Below, in pieces: positions 10,262 through 20,081 of a stretch of 64,000 bases of DNA. The notes below the pieces were generated by a model. The model worked only from the letters and a program-made list of their open reading frames with translations. It searched no databases and was not told the origin of the DNA. Position numbers and translations under genes: made by a program. Source of the stretch: a virus. The stretch covers positions 31,601 through 95,600 of IMG/VR virus record IMGVR_UViG_3300009996_000006; one strand, given 5' to 3'. Numbering within the stretch: position 1 is the first letter of the stretch; each line of letters begins with the position of its first letter.

Positions 10262-12316
10262 TTACCAATCCTCTACAGGACTTTCATCTTCAACAAATTG
10301 AGACACGTGAGTTGCTTCATTTTGCTCCAGATCAGTTGTTACATTCTGTAAACTGTAACCACCATCAGCCTTAATATCCTCAACACTCAAATGAACATCA
10401 TTCTCAAAGAACCCATTCTGACAAGCAACACTAAATGGGTACAAACGGTTAGCCTTGAAACGATAGAATAGTTTTGCAACGTGTCTACCTGTCACACCGT
10501 CTGGTCGGTTCTTGAATAATGAAAGTAGTGTCGTGTTACGCTCAACAGGATCTTCACTTTCTTTATTTCGCTCAATACCAATGTTAATCGTTGCCAATGA
10601 AATCAGCATACGAGTACCTTCACCGTCTTCCTCTGACAATTCACCACCTTGTGAGGCATTCTTACCACCTGACAAGTTTTTACGTGTATGTTGTACAGTA
10701 ATAATGGTTGTGTTGTGTTCAAGTCGAATCACCTGATCTAACCAAGTTAGCAAGTCATCAAACTCTTTGAATGATGGGCAAATCGCTTTTAACGATAATG
10801 CTGGATCAATCCAGACCACACCAACACCCTCAACCTTAACCATTCGTAACAACATTTTCTTAAATTGTTCGATAGACTTAGGAATATTGGATACAAAGAA
10901 GAATTTAGGTCTACCATCTTCACCAATCACACGATTCATGTACTCAGAACGAAGTGATTCATAGAAATCAATACGAGCCTGTTTACCAGCAATGTGTGAA
11001 ATGTTACGACCAGCCATAGCTGACACTTCTTTAATACCATATCGCCCAGATGATGCCTCAAATGAGTTTACAGCCTGTTTGTATGGAGATAGGTCAATCC
11101 ATGCGTCTTTCCATGCATCAATGATTGTAGACTTACCTGTTGACGTACCAGCAATGATATTAACCCATTCACCACGACCAATAGCACCGTCAGTGAAATA
11201 AGGTTTCAAATCACCTAAGAAGTCTGGTAACTCGATCTTGTCTTGGTTTAAAACACGAAGACCTTCATCGAATAGCTCATCCGCACCAACATAACCAAAA
11301 TCATCGAACGGTTGTGCATTCCAGTAGATGTCACTCTTTAACTGGTCAAGCTCTAAGCCGTAAGAGTTTGGATCTTTGTATGTACCAAAGTTAGCTGAGT
11401 AACATTGCTCAGTAGGTAAGATCTTTAATGCTTCATCCATTGCCTCATGTCCAGCCTGATCATTGTCAAGTGCTAGAATGATTTTCTTGTGTGAAACAAC
11501 CCAATCGTAATCATTTTTAATACATTCAGATAATGACTTCTCACCGTTAATAACTGACACAACGTTAATGCTGTGAGCCTTATAACGAGCCATTAAATCT
11601 TGCATTGCTCCAAGCGTAGTAATTAAGTCAACTTCACCACCAACAATGATTAAAGTATCCTTGACATTTGGACTAAATGATTTACCTAAGAACTCAGTAC
11701 CCTCATTTCCAGTGTAACCGTAGCCACGGAATTGCTTGACTAGATTCTCACCATCATGGTTTGTTCTTACTCGATAACCAACAAGTTCTCGTGAGTCACC
11801 ATTGAAGTAATAGGTTGGGAAGAGCATATTGTAAACAACATCTTTACCTTCGCTATCAGATCCAATTACCCAGCGAACACCGATTTTCTCCATAATAGAG
11901 TTATATCGTTGAAGACCACGGAATTTGATTGGTAGTGTAGGAGTTGTTCCCTCTTCTGTTTCTTTGATCTGCTCTGGTGTTAAACGAAGTTTATCCAAAT
12001 CATCAGGCTTACGCTTGACACGAGATCTAATAGAATTATTTGTTGACGCTGAATTTTCTTTATTTTGATTTTTATTTCCACTTTCTCGCTCTTTCTTCAT
12101 ACTTGGAACAGCAAATCCACAAGTGAAACAGTTAGCACCTAGTGGCTCTTTATTATCGTCTAAACCGAAAACATGGAAGTTATCGCATGAAGTATCACCA
12201 CCAGACTCAGCACATTTTACACACTGAATTTTATGCTCGTAAGTGAAATCTACATGCGACAAATCTACCCCATGAAAATCTAAAACTTGAAAATCTGTAT
12301 TATAGATTTTTGACAC
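10262..12316 (-). CDS. Primase-helicase (T7 gp4-like)
   Basis: N-terminal Cys Zn motif, TOPRIM (GEVD, LDNDQAG, KDPN), Walker A AGTSTGKS, KNR. Confidence 0.9.
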   Translation of the reverse strand: MSKIYNTDFQVLDFHGVDLSHVDFTYEHKIQCVKCAESGGDTSCDNFHVFGLDDNKEPLGANCFTCGFAVPSMKKERESGNKNQNKENSASTNNSIRSRVKRKPDDLDKLRLTPEQIKETEEGTTPTLPIKFRGLQRYNSIMEKIGVRWVIGSDSEGKDVVYNMLFPTYYFNGDSRELVGYRVRTNHDGENLVKQFRGYGYTGNEGTEFLGKSFSPNVKDTLIIVGGEVDLITTLGAMQDLMARYKAHSINVVSVINGEKSLSECIKNDYDWVVSHKKIILALDNDQAGHEAMDEALKILPTEQCYSANFGTYKDPNSYGLELDQLKSDIYWNAQPFDDFGYVGADELFDEGLRVLNQDKIELPDFLGDLKPYFTDGAIGRGEWVNIIAGTSTGKSTIIDAWKDAWIDLSPYKQAVNSFEASSGRYGIKEVSAMAGRNISHIAGKQARIDFYESLRSEYMNRVIGEDGRPKFFFVSNIPKSIEQFKKMLLRMVKVEGVGVVWIDPALSLKAICPSFKEFDDLLTWLDQVIRLEHNTTIITVQHTRKNLSGGKNASQGGELSEEDGEGTRMLISLATINIGIERNKESEDPVERNTTLLSLFKNRPDGVTGRHVAKLFYRFKANRLYPFSVACQNGFFENDVHLSVEDIKADGGYSLQNVTTDLEQNEATHVSQFVEDESPVEDW

Positions 12317-12323
12317 CTAAATA

Positions 12324-12755
12324 TTATCCTCCGCTATCTAAATGACTAATTAACACCAAGCATTCATCTTTGGTTAACCATCGTGTTTGATCAAAGTGTT
12401 GACATTGACCTAGCAAGTGTTGTGTTAATTGTTGTTGAACAATGCAAATTAGAACTCGTTTAGCAACCTCTGGGATCACATCGTTGTCTAAATTACCTTG
12501 CAATACTTTGTTGACAATCTTGGCATTATGAAGATTCTCAGCACCGAATAATTCACATAACTTTTCGGTAGGGTAAACCTCTCGATCAAAAAGCTCAGTT
12601 AAAATTAATACAGTGGTATGGTCATAGCTGTAACCATGAATATTCATAAAGCTAATGATTGGTGCAATTCGTTTACTGTAAACACGAGAAAGCTTGTTTC
12701 GGGCAACGTCAATTGCCATGTTCATTCGGTTTACATTGAAAAATAAATCAGTCAC
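12324..12755 (-). CDS. Hypothetical protein, possibly a degenerate HD-domain paralog
   Basis: ILTELFD...EKLCELFG resembles LHDILED...DLETMFD of the neighbour. Confidence 0.55.
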   Translation of the reverse strand: MTDLFFNVNRMNMAIDVARNKLSRVYSKRIAPIISFMNIHGYSYDHTTVLILTELFDREVYPTEKLCELFGAENLHNAKIVNKVLQGNLDNDVIPEVAKRVLICIVQQQLTQHLLGQCQHFDQTRWLTKDECLVLISHLDSGG

Positions 12756-13215
12756 TTTCTACACCTTGATATTTTGTGATAAACTCTTGAAGTTGTTGCA
12801 TACTAGCAAGATAGCGGTTTTGTTTGCTAACTCGACCTTCACGAACACAGTTAAGCATGTTGAAAGACATATCATGAAACTTCACCATTGACGCGATTGG
12901 ATTCTTTGCACAACGCTTTAGATAATCACGATATGATTCTTTTCCATAATAGTGTTTAGTTAGACAAACTACAGCTTGAACGATTGAATCATCGAACATT
13001 GTTTCCAAATCGGAAATTGTGCATGTAGTATCTTCTAAGATGTCATGAAGAATTGATACAATCTGAAATTCAACACCAAACCCAAGAAAAGTTAGACTGT
13101 TGGTTACACCTTTAATATGATAATCAAAATAATCATGATCACCGTACTTTTGACCAGCATGTAGGCTTTTAGACAATTCGATTGCCTGATTTAGTTGATG
13201 ACACATCGTAGTCAT
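12748..13215 (-). CDS. HD-domain small alarmone hydrolase (SpoT/Mesh1-like)
   Basis: H.GQ..G...Y..H, LHDILEDT, VK..D...N. Confidence 0.8.
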   Translation of the reverse strand: MTTMCHQLNQAIELSKSLHAGQKYGDHDYFDYHIKGVTNSLTFLGFGVEFQIVSILHDILEDTTCTISDLETMFDDSIVQAVVCLTKHYYGKESYRDYLKRCAKNPIASMVKFHDMSFNMLNCVREGRVSKQNRYLASMQQLQEFITKYQGVESD

Positions 13216-13250
13216 TCAATTCTCCTAATTATCTAGTTAATTTAGATGCG

Positions 13251-13278
13251 ATTCTACATCAATAATTTAAATTGTCAA
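13251..13278 (-). promoter_or_regulatory. sigma70-like promoter TTGACA-N16-TAGAAT
   Basis: Direct motif match upstream of 13215. Confidence 0.7.
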
Positions 13279-13287
13279 CAATTATTT

Positions 13288-13815
13288 TTAATTGTATAAC
13301 ATTTGTATCTGCTCACAAGTGATTCCAGCATGAACCAAAGCCGAAATTCCCAATGGATCTCGATATTCCTCAAGATAAACAACACGCTCAACACCAAGAG
13401 ACACTAGCATTGAGGCGCAATGCACACAAGGAGAAAGAGTAATATAGAAAGTTGATCCAATTAACGAAACACCCTCACGCGCACCTTTCAAGATAACATT
13501 CAGCTCAGCATGAATTGTTTCTTCTCGTGTGATTAATCTAAATTCAGGAAGATCTATTGCAACACGACGATGAATGTTTTTATCAAACCCTTGAAAGTTA
13601 TTTACTTCATTATCTAAATCAAGTAGACCAAAACCTTCATACTCAAGATTGTTTCCAAACTGCTTTGGCAATCCGTTTACACCAGTTAACACAACACCAT
13701 TTTTTGTTACACCAACACTTCCAACTTTATTACGTCTCGCATGTGATAGCTTAGACATAGCAATAGCCATGTTCATATAGGTGTGGTCTAGTTCTGATTG
13801 ACTAGCCAAAATCAA
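13288..13815 (-). CDS. dCMP deaminase
   Basis: HAELN, TLSPCVHC, VYLEEY. Confidence 0.9.
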   Translation of the reverse strand: MILASQSELDHTYMNMAIAMSKLSHARRNKVGSVGVTKNGVVLTGVNGLPKQFGNNLEYEGFGLLDLDNEVNNFQGFDKNIHRRVAIDLPEFRLITREETIHAELNVILKGAREGVSLIGSTFYITLSPCVHCASMLVSLGVERVVYLEEYRDPLGISALVHAGITCEQIQMLYN

Positions 13816-13941
13816 ACCTCCTTGAAGTTGAAAACTTACAAAACTCGAATAATGTCGGAATTAATACGAATGAATATAGAAGAGCGCACCACAAGGGCGC
13901 TCCCATACACAAAATTACAATACCAAAAATGGTATAAAAGA

Positions 13942-14196
13942 TTAGAAGCAAGCGCAGACACACCCTTCACCAGAGAAATCAACCACTCCACCCTCAACGG
14001 TTAGAGAATAACAATCCTCTAAACAAGTTCCGTTTTTGATTAAGTGGTGAATATCGGGAAGTGATAAATCAACCCCAATAGAATCAAGCCATTTCAGGAA
14101 ACGAGACACATTACCTTCATCCCAATCTTCAATCTTGGCTGAATAAAAAACAAACTCTCGATTTAAATGAGTGACGAACAACTTAAACTTGAACAA
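13942..14196 (-). CDS. Hypothetical protein
   Basis: ORF with AAGGAG RBS. Confidence 0.6.
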   Translation of the reverse strand: MFKFKLFVTHLNREFVFYSAKIEDWDEGNVSRFLKWLDSIGVDLSLPDIHHLIKNGTCLEDCYSLTVEGGVVDFSGEGCVCACF

Positions 14197-14248
14197 TTAC
14201 AACTCCTTGATTATATTGTATATTACATTTCTTATACAATAATAATGC

Positions 14249-14276
14249 TTGACAAATTAGATTCTTGTGGTATAGT
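14249..14276 (+). promoter_or_regulatory. Promoter TTGACA-N16-TATAGT with extended -10 TG
   Basis: Motif match; no plus-strand gene directly downstream. Confidence 0.55.
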
Positions 14277-14429
14277 CAACCAATAATACTCTCTGTAAGA
14301 ATTACAGAATAATTATTATCTGTGTTATTTGTTAACACAAGAACTATAGTAACAGTGATTAAAAACAAAAACAATAGATTTTAAGAATAAATTAATGAAT
14401 AAATTCATTGTATAGAAAATATACATTAA

Positions 14430-15113
14430 TTAATAATCCTCACTAAACAATAAAGCATTCTCTTTAATTACACGGTTAGACTCAAACACATCAATATTAG
14501 GAATCTGCTTAAAAGCTAAGTCAACTAATTGATTCATTGATAGTGTGCTAGATGTTTTAACATTCGCACTCTGTGCCTTGTCAATATTCAACCAATCCTC
14601 TTCGCTGATACCAGTGTTCTCTTCAACTACCACTTCCTCTTTCTTCTCTGGAAGCTTCCCTTTCAACATCTTCAATAAGTGTTCAGGGATAGGTGCTGGT
14701 TTTGTACGTGTGCCTTGCTCATCAAACAAAGCAGTCATTTTCTTTGTTGTTTGTGCTACAGGTTTTACAACAGCCTTCTTAACTTCAACAACAGCTTTCT
14801 TTGTCTCTGTAACAACTTCGTCTTTTACTTTTGCCAATAACTTTAAAGCTTTTTCAGTTAATGTGAAGTAAGTAACACGGTTGAAACCTTTCTTGAATGA
14901 GATTGTAACATAACCTTTGTCAACTAATTTCTTCTTAGACCTTTGGATAGTTGCAGTTGACAGCAAACCATCTAAGTCATCCTTGATCTCTTGGTTGGTA
15001 CGAAAGATCGTAGTTCTATTTTTAGACTTAACCCATTGATACAACTGGTTAAGAACCATAGCTGAACTGTTACCAACTTCTAATGCAATTTCTGATACTA
15101 AACCTTTGTACAC
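14430..15113 (-). CDS. Winged-helix DNA-binding protein (replication-initiator-like N-terminus)
   Basis: GTG start after CAGGAGG RBS; LSTATIQRSKKKLVDKGYV wHTH pattern; ORF-track extension to 15563 is spurious. Confidence 0.65.
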   Translation of the reverse strand: MYKGLVSEIALEVGNSSAMVLNQLYQWVKSKNRTTIFRTNQEIKDDLDGLLSTATIQRSKKKLVDKGYVTISFKKGFNRVTYFTLTEKALKLLAKVKDEVVTETKKAVVEVKKAVVKPVAQTTKKMTALFDEQGTRTKPAPIPEHLLKMLKGKLPEKKEEVVVEENTGISEEDWLNIDKAQSANVKTSSTLSMNQLVDLAFKQIPNIDVFESNRVIKENALLFSEDY

Positions 15114-15345
15114 AACATCTACCTCCTGTGAATCATGGTTGGTGATTATATTGAATTTAGGAAACTTTGCAACCCCTTTATAAGAAAAAGTATTTAAACC
15201 TATTTTTATCCTATTAAAGAAATTATCAAAATGAATCACTGTGGTACATAATGAACTACTGTAGTACAGAATGATCATTTGCATTTGATCAACATTGTGT
15301 GCTATGATTTCATCATCAAAACAAGTTAGATAATTTGGAGTTATC

Positions 15346-15618
15346 ATGAAAACAATCGAACGTAATTTGAAGCCTGAAATGCAAGCAACTAAAGGTAAAT
15401 TCTTCAAGGTTGCTTGGTATAAACAGAATGGTGAGCTTCGTGAAGCTGTTGCACAAACCAATGTGCGGAAGGGGATCAATGGTACTGGTCGATTGTGGCA
15501 AGATAAAGAAAACCAATTGACAGCGTATGAGAAAGCCACTGGTAGACGTATTGTAATCACCACTGACCGTGTTGTAGAGTTTCAATGTGGTAACGTACAC
15601 CACTTAGCAGAACAATAA
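15346..15618 (+). CDS. Small SH3/Sm-like (WYL_2-like) protein
   Basis: GKFFKVAWYKQNGELRE pattern; GGAG RBS, upstream promoter-like TTGCAT..TGcTATGAT, downstream terminator. Confidence 0.65.
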   Translation: MKTIERNLKPEMQATKGKFFKVAWYKQNGELREAVAQTNVRKGINGTGRLWQDKENQLTAYEKATGRRIVITTDRVVEFQCGNVHHLAEQ

Positions 15619-15632
15619 AATTTAAGCAAAAA

Positions 15633-15659
15633 GAAAGCCACCCCGAAGGGTGGCTTTTT
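15633..15659. terminator. Bidirectional Rho-independent terminator
   Basis: AAAGCCACCC-CGAA-GGGTGGCTTTTT between convergent units. Confidence 0.85.
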
Positions 15660-15663
15660 GTTG

Positions 15664-15768
15664 TTAAGTCAATTGTGGGTAGTTTGCTACTGTTGTCATG
15701 GTTAGAGAACCGCCATTAGCATCTCTCTTGTATACGCACAGAGTGCGTCCAGCATTATTTAAAACCAT
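15664..15768 (-). CDS. Possible 34-aa peptide MVLNNAGRTLCVYKRDANGGSLTMTTVANYPQLT
   Basis: AAGGA RBS, overlaps upstream stop, fills gap to terminator. Confidence 0.35.
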   Translation of the reverse strand: MVLNNAGRTLCVYKRDANGGSLTMTTVANYPQLT

Positions 15769-16048
15769 GTTTTAATCCTTTTTCTAATTTATTAAAATAT
15801 GTAATTGTTATTTGTTTTAATTGAACCACACTAAAATAAAATAAACCAAGAGCAATAATGAGTGATAGAGATTCGTGGTAATTTTCCAATAATGGTGCAT
15901 AATAACCACAAGTCATTGTAATAATAAAAATAAATAATCTGACTGTTATTGTAAAATAAGAGTCAATGAAATGTTTGCTTATCTCACAGAAGAAAGGAAT
16001 TCCTCCTAAAACAAATAAGCAAGCTTGAATTAAAGCGATAGTCATCAT
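15755..16048 (-). CDS. Membrane protein (holin/antiholin candidate)
   Basis: Three hydrophobic segments, basic C-terminus. Confidence 0.5.
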   Translation of the reverse strand: MMTIALIQACLFVLGGIPFFCEISKHFIDSYFTITVRLFIFIITMTCGYYAPLLENYHESLSLIIALGLFYFSVVQLKQITITYFNKLEKGLKHGFK

Positions 16049-16488
16049 TTGTTGTCACCAGATTTAAAGAACTTATTAATCCTGTCTTTTATTCCTGAGA
16101 ATATAACACCTAAGATTGAATGAAGGTTGGTAAAAATAGTGTCTAATAATGGATCAACATTTTTAACTGTGTGATCAATAATCTTTAGGCTTGATACACC
16201 AATAAAGATTTTTAAGCTATCTGCTTGCCATGAATCGGTTGGGATTGAAATCACTTCAAGAATTGTATTTGAAACGTAGTGGCTAATTAATGTTCCCATT
16301 AAAAAAGCAATCACGACGAATAAAGATAGTGTGAATTTTTGCATAAGGGTAAGGTCACTCCATGTAACCTCATCTCTCTTGTACCATACCGCAAGCATTG
16401 CCCCTAAAGCACTTGGGAACAATGCTTTAAGTAAAGCTAAAACTCCGACAGTTGTAATATTAGTTTCCATATTATTCACCAATTTCAA
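16045..16488 (-). CDS. Putative holin
   Basis: Multiple TM segments, follows tail fiber. Confidence 0.55.
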   Translation of the reverse strand: MKLVNNMETNITTVGVLALLKALFPSALGAMLAVWYKRDEVTWSDLTLMQKFTLSLFVVIAFLMGTLISHYVSNTILEVISIPTDSWQADSLKIFIGVSSLKIIDHTVKNVDPLLDTIFTNLHSILGVIFSGIKDRINKFFKSGDNK

Positions 16489-16508
16489 ATTTCAAAGGAT
16501 TCGGCATT

Positions 16509-17570
16509 TTAGGCAGTTCTCCTCCAAATGTTAACTACAATAGATGGTTGCACGTTGTTGTGTGGCTGATCTTTACCAACCTCAAGATTGTTTGCGTCTA
16601 CCCAGTTTGGAATGAATCCTTCATCTGGTCGCTTACCACTACCATACTGCCAGTTTCTTGTTTGGAATCTCATGTTAGAGTTGTAGAATTTAGGTAATTC
16701 GTCTTTGGTTAATTGGTGTGTATATGCACCAAAGGTGTTATAGGTTGCTTTAGTCCAAGCTGGATGAGCTTCCGTAACACTCTTACCAACAATAACTTGA
16801 CCTTCTGCAAACCTCACCCATGTACCATAACCAAGTGTTGCATTAGGGTTTTGATCGTTTGTGCTAAAGTAAACAGATCCTACTGGTAAGCGACTTGCTG
16901 TTAAGTCAATGTTTCCAATCTTAGATTCAATTAATCTTTGAACCCACTCGGTTGTAGCTAGAGCTGTTGTCTGATCATCAAGTGCTGGAAGGGCGTTAGG
17001 AATATGACCTCTAGTGACACCAGCAACTCTAAAGGTTATCGCTGTACCATTTAAGTACATACCAGTCGTGTTAGCGCCTTCAAATGAGTAACCCATGTTG
17101 AAAGCCGATGTTGCTGGTAATCCAACCTTCGCACTATAACTACCAGCTTGCATTCTATTTGGTGTAATAGGATTACTGATCTTTAGGTACTTATTTAGGT
17201 ATCCATCTTCTTCTTTCATCTTTCTGATTTCTTCTGCAAGAGAATCACCAGCGTTTGTTGAGAAGAAGGCTTCTTTCCAGTATGTTTTATTTGTTGTTGG
17301 TTGATTTGTGTGTGCTTCGATACAGATAAATAATGAACCGTTGAAATTAATCATATCATTAACTGAGTATTCAACCTCACTACCCCATCTTGGAATACCT
17401 TGTAAGAAGTAACCAATTGCACCATCAATTCTGTTAAACATCCAGTTAAGGTGTTCAACCATTGGTTTCTCAGCGCCACTCCAACCATACCTAATCTTCT
17501 CTTGAGTAGGTGGGTTTACGACACCAGCTACACACCACTGTAGCTCATAATTTATAGGTCTGATATACAT
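16509..17570 (-). CDS. Tail fiber protein
   Basis: GW...EKP..E.LNWMF N-terminus, ATTEWV, PVGSVY...GTW...HNNVQPSIVVNIWRRTA C-terminus. Confidence 0.85.
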   Translation of the reverse strand: MYIRPINYELQWCVAGVVNPPTQEKIRYGWSGAEKPMVEHLNWMFNRIDGAIGYFLQGIPRWGSEVEYSVNDMINFNGSLFICIEAHTNQPTTNKTYWKEAFFSTNAGDSLAEEIRKMKEEDGYLNKYLKISNPITPNRMQAGSYSAKVGLPATSAFNMGYSFEGANTTGMYLNGTAITFRVAGVTRGHIPNALPALDDQTTALATTEWVQRLIESKIGNIDLTASRLPVGSVYFSTNDQNPNATLGYGTWVRFAEGQVIVGKSVTEAHPAWTKATYNTFGAYTHQLTKDELPKFYNSNMRFQTRNWQYGSGKRPDEGFIPNWVDANNLEVGKDQPHNNVQPSIVVNIWRRTA

Positions 17571-18191
17571 TTACGTTCCTGTAATCGTGATTCCTACAGC
17601 AACACCAAGTGGTATAGGTAGGATGTTTTTATCTGTCAATCTAATTGATAAGAAGTATGTTAAAATTGCTTGATCATCCGATTCAACTTCGATCATGATG
17701 TTCCCAACACCATCTTCTGTAAATCTGGCAGTTGGAGAATTTGAAAGGATTCTTAAAATCCTAACAAGTGTTTCAGGAGTTGCTAAGTTGTTGTTGTAGA
17801 TGATTCTTGCTTTAATCATTCTTCTGTAAAGAACATCATTTGCAATAGTAACGGTAACGTTAGAGCTTCCTAAAAGTGAGTAGAAATAACCACCCACTTC
17901 TGGATCAGTCAATGTACCAAAACCTAGAGCCGATGGATCTTCTAAGAAACCAAAGAACTCACCACCACCATCAATAATTCTATCCTGACCAACAATCTGA
18001 CCAATTAAATCCAGTAGGACTCCTGACGACTTATCAATGTCGTAAATGGTATCCTCTAGTGTTAATAAGACATCTTGATTAATTACAGATTGATCAATCA
18101 TAATCTGTACCAGAGCATCGAAGATCTCATCATCAGAGTGTTGATCCGTGTATCGACTTCTGGCTTTTAATAAGTAGTTAAAAGCTTCCAT
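17571..18191 (-). CDS. Baseplate wedge protein (DUF2612-like)
   Basis: G..LDLIGQIVGQ.R, FFGF, D..YR..IKARI. Confidence 0.8.
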   Translation of the reverse strand: MEAFNYLLKARSRYTDQHSDDEIFDALVQIMIDQSVINQDVLLTLEDTIYDIDKSSGVLLDLIGQIVGQDRIIDGGGEFFGFLEDPSALGFGTLTDPEVGGYFYSLLGSSNVTVTIANDVLYRRMIKARIIYNNNLATPETLVRILRILSNSPTARFTEDGVGNIMIEVESDDQAILTYFLSIRLTDKNILPIPLGVAVGITITGT

Positions 18192-18200
18192 GTCTACTCC

Positions 18201-19643
18201 TTAGAATGTGATGTCATCAAATGAAATTGTAGCAATCTCGTTGTATTGAATTTCAATGTTGCTTGTTGAGAAGTCTTCATCAACTCTCGCAATCTCAATA
18301 CTCTTGATACCGATGTTGTCAACAACTTGCATTGGGATGTATAGTCTTGAAAGAATTACATCTTCACCAAATGTCATATTATTGAAGTGTTCAATAATAG
18401 CGTTCTTGATCTCGATAACACCACGTGGAGGGAATCCTTCATAGATTTCTAATCCAGCTTTGATCTTGATAGCAACCTGAGTCGGTCTAGAGAATCTAAT
18501 TACTGATGTTTGGTTATAATATGTGTTTACTTCAAGAATTACGTTTCCATCCATAGGTACACCAAGAGGTCTCGTTTTCTCAATAGCTTCTGCGATCTCC
18601 ATGTCGTTACCACCATAAGCAATCACTGAGAATCCGTGTGCCTGTCTTCCATCACGACTATCTCGATCAAGTGTATTTTCTTTGATGCTCACATACGTCA
18701 CACCATCAACCGCATACAAAGCCGTGTACATTGCCACAACATGACTTGTTGCCAAACTACCAACAGCATTCACAAATCTAGCTCTTAAAGAGTCATCCTC
18801 TTCTTTTTGTTTAGATCCGATTGAAGGGAATAGGTTTGTGACACCTCTCCATCCATATGTAGGCGACTGGATAGTAGTGATTGAATCAACTTCTTGAATA
18901 CCAACCTCATATAAACTTGTTGCTGTAACAGGCATAAATGATCTAATGATAGTGGCATCACCAGTAACATAGAAATCACCAAGCAATCCATCTTGTTTAG
19001 GTTGAATCTGAACGTTAAAGTCTGGTGTGATTGCAACTTTTAATTTAGTGCTAACTTGTTCAATGTTACTCTTAACGAATAAAGATAACTCTTCCTTCGT
19101 CATAGCATTATTGTATTTAATACTGATTGGTACATTGGCACTCAAGTCATTGGTCAATGTGTAGTTTATTGTGATTAAACCATCACCATCTAAATTTGTT
19201 AATTCAAACTCAACACCATTTGAGTTGAGATTTGAGAATGTAACCGATGTGCTTGTAGCGAATTGATCACCAGTTGATTTAGAGGCAACGATTGATGAGT
19301 GACCAATTGTTACGTTGATGTCACCATACACAACCAGTGAAGCAGTACCCATTGAAGATAGACTTCTTTTAATGTCCTTGAATTGGACAATTTTATCTAA
19401 GTTCTTTCCTGTTGCACTCTGTGGACTTAGTTGTGCATAAAGCTCTTGTAAACCCTCTTCTTGTAGATAATCTATTTCCGCAGAAATCTGAATGATTCTA
19501 CCTAATACACTTGAACTGTCCGTATTTAATGTTTCACCATCTGGAATAAGGCTTGACATTAAAGATATTGCTTTTTCTTGTTTTCTTTCGATAATCTTAG
19601 CAAGGCTATCAATAACCAACCCTGCTTCTGTAACTTTTGCCAT
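18201..19643 (-). CDS. Baseplate J-like wedge protein
   Basis: ATGKNLD, E.DD.LR.R, VDGV, GG...EIAEAI. Confidence 0.85.
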   Translation of the reverse strand: MAKVTEAGLVIDSLAKIIERKQEKAISLMSSLIPDGETLNTDSSSVLGRIIQISAEIDYLQEEGLQELYAQLSPQSATGKNLDKIVQFKDIKRSLSSMGTASLVVYGDINVTIGHSSIVASKSTGDQFATSTSVTFSNLNSNGVEFELTNLDGDGLITINYTLTNDLSANVPISIKYNNAMTKEELSLFVKSNIEQVSTKLKVAITPDFNVQIQPKQDGLLGDFYVTGDATIIRSFMPVTATSLYEVGIQEVDSITTIQSPTYGWRGVTNLFPSIGSKQKEEDDSLRARFVNAVGSLATSHVVAMYTALYAVDGVTYVSIKENTLDRDSRDGRQAHGFSVIAYGGNDMEIAEAIEKTRPLGVPMDGNVILEVNTYYNQTSVIRFSRPTQVAIKIKAGLEIYEGFPPRGVIEIKNAIIEHFNNMTFGEDVILSRLYIPMQVVDNIGIKSIEIARVDEDFSTSNIEIQYNEIATISFDDITF

Positions 19644-19658
19644 TATTCTCTCTTATTT

Positions 19659-20069
19659 TTAAACATCAATAACAATCATGTTTCCATCCCCATCTGTTAC
19701 GATTAGGTTGTTTTCATTTGCTAAATATTTAAGTTCTACAATGTAATCTAATCCGACAATCTCTACTGAGAATGTACACGTATAGTTTCTACTTATAATA
19801 CTACTTGAGAAGTTTTTAATAGAAACTACATATTTATCTTTTAATACAGTACCTTGAATAATTGTATCAACGGTCTGTTTTGTTACGTTTTTAATTAATA
19901 CATCAGTGTACCAGTCGATACCCATTTTTGTATCTAAAAACCATTCACCTAAAAATGTTCTCAATCTTACAGATAATCGCTGAGCAACTAATGTTGCTCT
20001 ATCTCGAATCATTGAAAGAGAACCACCGTTTAATTCAATGTGACCTTTATTATCTAATACAATGTCCAT
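19659..20069 (-). CDS. Baseplate wedge/sheath initiator
   Basis: QRL..RL.TFLGEWFLD...G.DW. Confidence 0.75.
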   Translation of the reverse strand: MDIVLDNKGHIELNGGSLSMIRDRATLVAQRLSVRLRTFLGEWFLDTKMGIDWYTDVLIKNVTKQTVDTIIQGTVLKDKYVVSIKNFSSSIISRNYTCTFSVEIVGLDYIVELKYLANENNLIVTDGDGNMIVIDV

Positions 20070-20081
20070 CTACTCACCCTA

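Noticed and set aside
15114..15563. N-terminal extension of the 377-aa ORF
   Set aside because: Antisense shadow of the plus-strand gene; a good RBS and GTG lie at 15113.
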